Assembly (NCBI GenBank): GCA_963665125.2
Contig: CAXXUK010000001.1
Coordinates: 1,408,001 to 1,472,000 of the forward strand
Origin: an uncultured Desulfarculus sp.
GTDB lineage: Bacteria; Desulfobacterota; Desulfarculia; Desulfarculales; Desulfarculaceae
Reading direction: 5' to 3'
Length of the DNA stretch: 64,000 nucleotides
Part shown: in pieces, positions 59,327-64,000 of the stretch
Numbering within the stretch: position 1 is the first letter of the stretch
How the letters are laid out: the number at the start of each line of letters is the position of its first letter
Translations under genes and position numbers: made by a program
The notes under the pieces: generated by a model
The model's input: only the letters and a program-made list of their open reading frames with translations
What the model was told of the DNA's origin: nothing
The model's database searches: none

Positions 59327-60189
59327 AGTACGCGTTCATGCAGCAAAACGCAGGCACATACAGCGTCACGGCGCAATCCGAGGCCTTTGGCGTATCACGT
59401 GGCGGGTATTATGGCTGGCGGCGCAGGCTGCAAAATCCCAGTCAGAGGCAGATGGAGCGTGAGAGGCTCGATCACCTGGTGAAAGAAGCCTTTGAAGTTC
59501 GCAAGGGCCGTAGCGGAGCAGTTGGGCTGACTCTCGACCTTGATGAGCAAGGCCGTAAATACAACCGCAAAACAGTGGCCAAGAGCATGAATAGACAGGG
59601 CCTGGTGGCCAAAGCGGCCAGGAAGTTCAAGGCCACCACGGATTCGGATCACGGTATGCCGGTTGCTCCAAATCTGTTGGCCCAGGACTTTAACGCAACG
59701 GCTCCAAATCAGAAGTGGGTCTGTGATATCACTTACCTTTGGACCGGCGAGGGCTGGTTGTATCTGGCGGTGGTGCTCGACCTGTTTTCGCGCATGGTGG
59801 TTGGCTGGGCCATGGATAAGCGCATGAAAGCCGATTTAGTCTGTGACGCCTTGCAGATGGCCTTGTGGCGACGGCATATGTCCAAAGGTGTGTTGGTTCA
59901 TTCGGATCGGGGCAGCCAGTATTGCTCTAGGAAATACCAGGCCCTTTTGACCAAGCATGAACTGGTTTGCAGCATGAGCGGCAGAGGCAACTGTTATGAC
60001 AACGCCGTGGCCGAAAGCTTCTTCCATACCCTCAAGGTGGAACTGATCCACGGTGAGCACTTCGCCACCCGCCAAGGTATGCGCCGTGCCGTATTCGAGT
60101 ATATCGAGGTTGACTACAACCGAAACAGGAGACACAGTGCCAACGGATACATCAGCCCGCTGGCCTTTGAAAATCAAATTGTCGCTTAA
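59323..60189 (+). CDS. IS3 transposase OrfB (DDE)
   Basis: [30 protein letters not shown]. Confidence 0.95.
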   Translation: MKYAFMQQNAGTYSVTAQSEAFGVSRGGYYGWRRRLQNPSQRQMERERLDHLVKEAFEVRKGRSGAVGLTLDLDEQGRKYNRKTVAKSMNRQGLVAKAARKFKATTDSDHGMPVAPNLLAQDFNATAPNQKWVCDITYLWTGEGWLYLAVVLDLFSRMVVGWAMDKRMKADLVCDALQMALWRRHMSKGVLVHSDRGSQYCSRKYQALLTKHELVCSMSGRGNCYDNAVAESFFHTLKVELIHGEHFATRQGMRRAVFEYIEVDYNRNRRHSANGYISPLAFENQIVA

Positions 60190-60219
60190 ACAATTGTCCG
60201 TCGTTTGTGGGGTAGATCA

Positions 60220-60858
60220 AAAAGCATGAATAGGCAGGGCCTTGTAGCTAAAGCGGGCAGGAAGTTCAAGGCCACCACGGATTCGGATCACGGTAGGCCG
60301 GTGGCTCCAAATCTGTTGGCCCAGGACTTTAGCGCAACCGCTCCAAATCAGAAGTGGGTCTGCGACATCACCTACCTTTGGACCGGCGAGGGCTGGTTGT
60401 ATCTGGCAGTGGTGCTCGACCTGTTTTCGCGCATGGTGGTGGGCTGGGCCATGGATAAGCGTATGAAAGAAGACCTGGTCTGTGACGCATTGCAGATGGC
60501 CTTGTGGCGGCGGCATATGCCCAAAGGTGTGATGGTCCATTCGGATCGTGGCAGCCAGTACTGCTCCCGGAAATACCAGGCCCTCTTGGCCAAACGTGAA
60601 CTGGTTTGCAGCATGAGCGGTAAGGGCAACTGTTATGACAACGCCGTGGCCGAAAGCTTCTTCCATACCCTCAAGGTGGAGTTGGTTCATGGCGAAAGCT
60701 TCGCCACTCGACAGGACTTACGCCGGGCCGTATTCGAGTATATCGAGGTTGACTACAACCGTAACAGGAGGCACAGTGCCAATGGCTACATCAGCCCGCT
60801 GGCCTTTGAAAACCAAATTGTCGCTTAACCAACTGTCCGTTGTTGATGGGCTGGATCA
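60220..60858 (+). mobile_element. Truncated second IS3 copy (3' part of orfB plus right IR)
   Basis: Diverged duplicate of about 59581-60219; ends TGGGCTGGATCA. Confidence 0.9.
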
Positions 60859-61653
60859 AATAAACAAAAACACGTCCAAACATTTATCAATATTTGCTGT
60901 AAGCGAATGAGAAAGTTCTGCGCCTTGGTGTCTGTATATTTTTCCACCAAGAAAGCGGCACCTTTGCTCAATATTCTTCCAGCTTGCCCATGCCGCTGCT
61001 AACAGTTCATTGGATCCTGCTTTATATACTTCATCATCACCTACTTCCGGCAATTCAGGTAATTGTACAAAATTGTCATCGGTGAACCATTTGTTTCGAT
61101 GAGCCTCCATGAGCAATGAGTTAGATAATACTCTAATTAATGCTATTATCGCATCATCAGCCGTGCAAGGGTCATCTTGGTCGTATTTCAAAGTTCGGTT
61201 AATTGCGACCTTTTTGTTAGCATGATTTTTAATAAATTCATCCTGTTTAATTCTCACGATATTAAATTGTTCTTCAGTCCTTTTTATATAAGATGCAACG
61301 CGTATATTTGGAGGCAACTTGGAGATATCACATTTACCTAAACATCCCAAAATAGAACGGTAAACGTGCTCAACTAATTTTATTAATTCAATTTCTTTTT
61401 CGACAATTAAGACGGCTTCTAAGCCAAGCTCACCTTCAATATAAGTTTTTAAAAATCTGAAATATGCTTCCCTCTTGATTTCGCGTTTTTTGTTTGGATA
61501 CTCCATTATTAAATCGTTTTGGCGACGGAATAGACCCAAAAAAAATTTAAGTTTTGTTCTTGTTAAAAGTATATCGTCGAAATGTTTTTCAAGAATATTT
61601 GAATCGAAAGAGCTTAATGACTCTTTGACTATTGATTCATCTATAGAAGACAA
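60856..61653 (-). pseudogene. Low-GC hypothetical gene, 3'-truncated by IS3
   Basis: AAAGG SD; very AT-rich; the stop codon is supplied by the IS terminal TGA. Confidence 0.65.
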
Positions 61654-61759
61654 TTAATTATTACCTTTATGCTCAAATATTTGGTCAGTAGATAGATTTT
61701 TGATTAAGCAGTAACAATATTAGTATTGCCGCTATCAATACATTGACGCCAATTAAATG

Positions 61760-62773
61760 TCAATATGCAGCCTTGGGCGCATCACTAAGCTCGCGCCAGC
61801 AGTATGAAAGGTCGAAAAGCTCGTCATCGGTCATTTCGGCCGGGTCTTTTTGCATCAAATCATCGACATACCAGTCCGCTGCCCCGGCGTAATAGCGCAC
61901 TTTGGACGTGACGTCCTTGAACCCACGATCGCCCAGCAATGCGCCTGCCAGCAGGTACAGCGGGAATATGATCACCCAATACAGAGCAAGGGCCACCCAG
62001 GACATCAGCCCCAAGGGAATGCCGATCCAGGAATGTTCATGCCAGTTCTTTTTGGCGATATAGCCGCGAATCCACAGCCCTATATTGACCATTTTCACCG
62101 CGAAGTCAGACAGTGCGTCAGGCAGCCAAAACCGAGACATGGGCAAAAAGGCCAAGGCGCAACCCGCGAACTGCACCAAGAGAACCAGCCCGACAAGCGA
62201 GGTCAGGAAATTGGGATTGATCTTCATCGCCTGCGAGGCGAGCAAGGCGATGATCAGGGCGAAAATGCCCAAAAAGGCGCAGGTGACGAACGACAGCATG
62301 CAGCTGAGCGGCACCTTGTCGGCGAGATCAGCCCGCAGCATGTCGGCAAAGCGCAAGCCAGGGGCCACCACCACCTCTTCTTCGTGCATCTTGTAGGAAT
62401 TGGCCCGGATGCCGTCCCAGGCGTTGCGCAGCTCGTCCTGCATACGCCCGGCGTTGCGGCGGATGGTCTCCTGGGGCGGCTCGTAGGTCTGAGCCCGTTT
62501 CTGCTCATAGGCATCATCGTAGGTGTCGGCGTGGACTTGGCCTTTTAGATATCCCTCCACCGCCTCAATGGCCGGGCCGATGAGCCGGAAATTGCGCTGA
62601 TAGCGCTGCAAGGTCTCTTCCGACGGCTTGGTGTAGAGGATTTTGTCCGGGTGCCAACGCACCTGGGCCTTGCGCCGCAACTTTGGCAAATCCGCTTCGG
62701 TCAGGCTGTCGAGATCGGTGATTTCAAGAATGGATATGGCTTCGGAAAGGTCTACGCGCTCTTCTGGTGACAA
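61760..62773 (-). CDS. J-domain (DnaJ-like) membrane protein
   Basis: EAISILEI...LRRKAQVRWHPDK; C-terminal TM helices; GGGGG SD. Confidence 0.8.
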   Translation of the reverse strand: MSPEERVDLSEAISILEITDLDSLTEADLPKLRRKAQVRWHPDKILYTKPSEETLQRYQRNFRLIGPAIEAVEGYLKGQVHADTYDDAYEQKRAQTYEPPQETIRRNAGRMQDELRNAWDGIRANSYKMHEEEVVVAPGLRFADMLRADLADKVPLSCMLSFVTCAFLGIFALIIALLASQAMKINPNFLTSLVGLVLLVQFAGCALAFLPMSRFWLPDALSDFAVKMVNIGLWIRGYIAKKNWHEHSWIGIPLGLMSWVALALYWVIIFPLYLLAGALLGDRGFKDVTSKVRYYAGAADWYVDDLMQKDPAEMTDDELFDLSYCWRELSDAPKAAY

Positions 62774-62859
62774 GATGATCCCCCCAAATCATGTTGACTA
62801 TCTATTCGTTGTTGCTGTTGGTTCGGAAATTATCACGGCTCGGACGAGCCCGGCAAGAT

Positions 62860-63099
62860 TTAATTCCGGCGAAGAGCCTCATAACCTTGCACCCGAAACC
62901 GCAATAACCACCGCTTCCACGCAATATGCAGCCTGCCGAATTGCCGCCAGTGCAGACGCGCGCCGTCTTGCCTGCTGGCCCACAAGCGCAGGGTGCGCAC
63001 GGCCGCCCTGCTCGAGGGCTGGGCGCTGGCCAGTACGCGGCCGGATTGCCGCAGTTCGAAGCGGCCGGTTGCGTCGACTTCATCCCAGAATCTGGACAT
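62860..63099 (-). CDS. Possible small hypothetical protein
   Basis: ATG 10 nt after the recombinase stop, same strand; no recognisable motif. Confidence 0.35.
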   Translation of the reverse strand: MSRFWDEVDATGRFELRQSGRVLASAQPSSRAAVRTLRLWASRQDGARLHWRQFGRLHIAWKRWLLRFRVQGYEALRRN

Positions 63100-63108
63100 A
63101 GTTTTAAG

Positions 63109-64000
63109 TTAATAATGAATACGTAGGGTAGCCGCTTCTTGGTAGGCGGTGGGTTTCTTGCAGTACTTGCGGGTGGTGGCGATGCTGGCGTGGCCCAGGG
63201 CCTCCTGCACCAGTTCGATGGGCACCCCGGCGTCCAAGGCGTGGCTGGCAAAGGTTGCCCGACAGGAGTGGGGCGTGGCCTTGGCGGGCAGTTCGGCCAG
63301 GCGGGCGTATTTGTCGAAGATGCGCTGAATTTGCAGCCGCCGCAGGTGCCGCCTCGCGGCCCGAACGGCTTCACCGGCAGAAACAGCGGGCTGTCGTCCT
63401 CGAGGCCGTGTCCTGCCGCCTCCAGCCACTGCCGCAGCCAATACAGGAGCTGGCTACTCAAAGGATTGCGGATGGTCTTGCCGCCCTTGATGCGGTAGCG
63501 CAGCACCCAGAAACCAGCGTCCTCGAACAGGTCGCAGACCTTGAGCCCGGCTGCTTCGCTGATTCTGGCCCCGGTGTAGAGCAGCACACACAGGATGGCC
63601 AGGTCGCGCTTGCCCGCCAGGGTGCCGGGGTCGGGCGCGGCCAGCAGCCGCCGGGCCTGGGCCTTGGTCAGCAGCACGCTCTCCACCTGGCGGTCGTTGA
63701 CGCTGGGGCGCTTGAGACCATGGCAGGGATTCAAGCCGATGAGTTGGGCCTCGCACAGTTCTCCGAACAGTGAGCTAAGGGCGGCAAGCCGAGCGCGAAT
63801 GGTGCGCGGCGCAAAGCCTATCGCCTCCATGTGGCCGCGCCAGGCCAGCACCATGCCGCGATCCACCCGCCTCAGGTCATCCGGCCCGGTCAGCCCGGCG
63901 AATTGGGCGAAGCTGAGCACGGCCTGCCGGTATGCTGCCTTAGTGTTAGGGCTGATGAAGTTGTGAAGCCAGAGGTTTTCCGGCCGCGCCGCCTCGGGCC
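63109..64000 (-). pseudogene. XerC/D-like tyrosine recombinase with internal frameshift (5' end outside window)
   Basis: SPNTKAAY, RDLAIL...YTGARISE, IKGG in one frame; TPHSCRATFAS...LGHASIATTRKY in another; shift near 63345-63370. Confidence 0.85.

Larger units (their letters stand above)
58964..60219 (+). mobile_element. IS3-family insertion sequence (full length)
   Basis: TG...CA ends with imperfect ~39-bp IRs (TGATCCAGCCCA...GACGGACA / TGTCCGTC...GTAGATCA); orfA and orfB. Confidence 0.93.

Noticed and set aside
62802..63350. C-terminal part of the 372-aa ORF as real protein
   Set aside because: It is out-of-frame run-on after the recombinase frameshift.

Overview
GC-rich bacterial chromosomal window, most likely a sulfate-reducing deltaproteobacterium (Desulfobacterota; inferred from gene content, not verified). 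From left to right: (1-5.5 kb) signalling genes: a partial NarX-type kinase, a NarL-type regulator, an MCP and a PAS kinase. (5.8-9.3 kb) a three-gene module of a small signal-peptide/TM protein with a YIDMGTGS motif, a NoeA-like kinase-like/SAM-methyltransferase fusion, and a membrane LtaS/sulfatase-superfamily enzyme. (9.3-27.1 kb, minus strand) a Mo-nitrogenase cluster: HMGL-like DRE-TIM gene, nifA, nifH-nifI1-nifI2-nifD-nifK, a cysteine-less NifB paralog, a ferredoxin, a GNAT, nifE-nifN-nifB, an atypical CcsA/ResB-like pair and modABC. Three sigma54 promoters in the cluster each have an upstream TACA-N4-TGTA-type box. (27-58 kb) mostly housekeeping genes (trpS, acyl-CoA ligase, SurA/PPIase, orphan flgE, mfd, a degenerate RtcA, motAB, FapA, NupC, ABC-F, BtrH-like, ADP-ribosylglycohydrolase) plus one low-GC HNH gene. 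(58.2-64 kb) tRNA-Lys(CTT) marks the edge of a decayed integrative element containing an integrase that reads through the tRNA, a 1.5-copy IS3 tandem, a truncated low-GC gene, a membrane J-domain gene and a frameshifted tyrosine recombinase. The best candidates for undescribed systems are the YIDxGTGS peptide/kinase-MTase/phosphotransferase module, and the nif accessory set (His-deficient CcsBA pair coupled to modABC, dead NifB paralog, HMGL-like enzyme in place of NifV). All calls come from motif recognition by eye; no searches were run.
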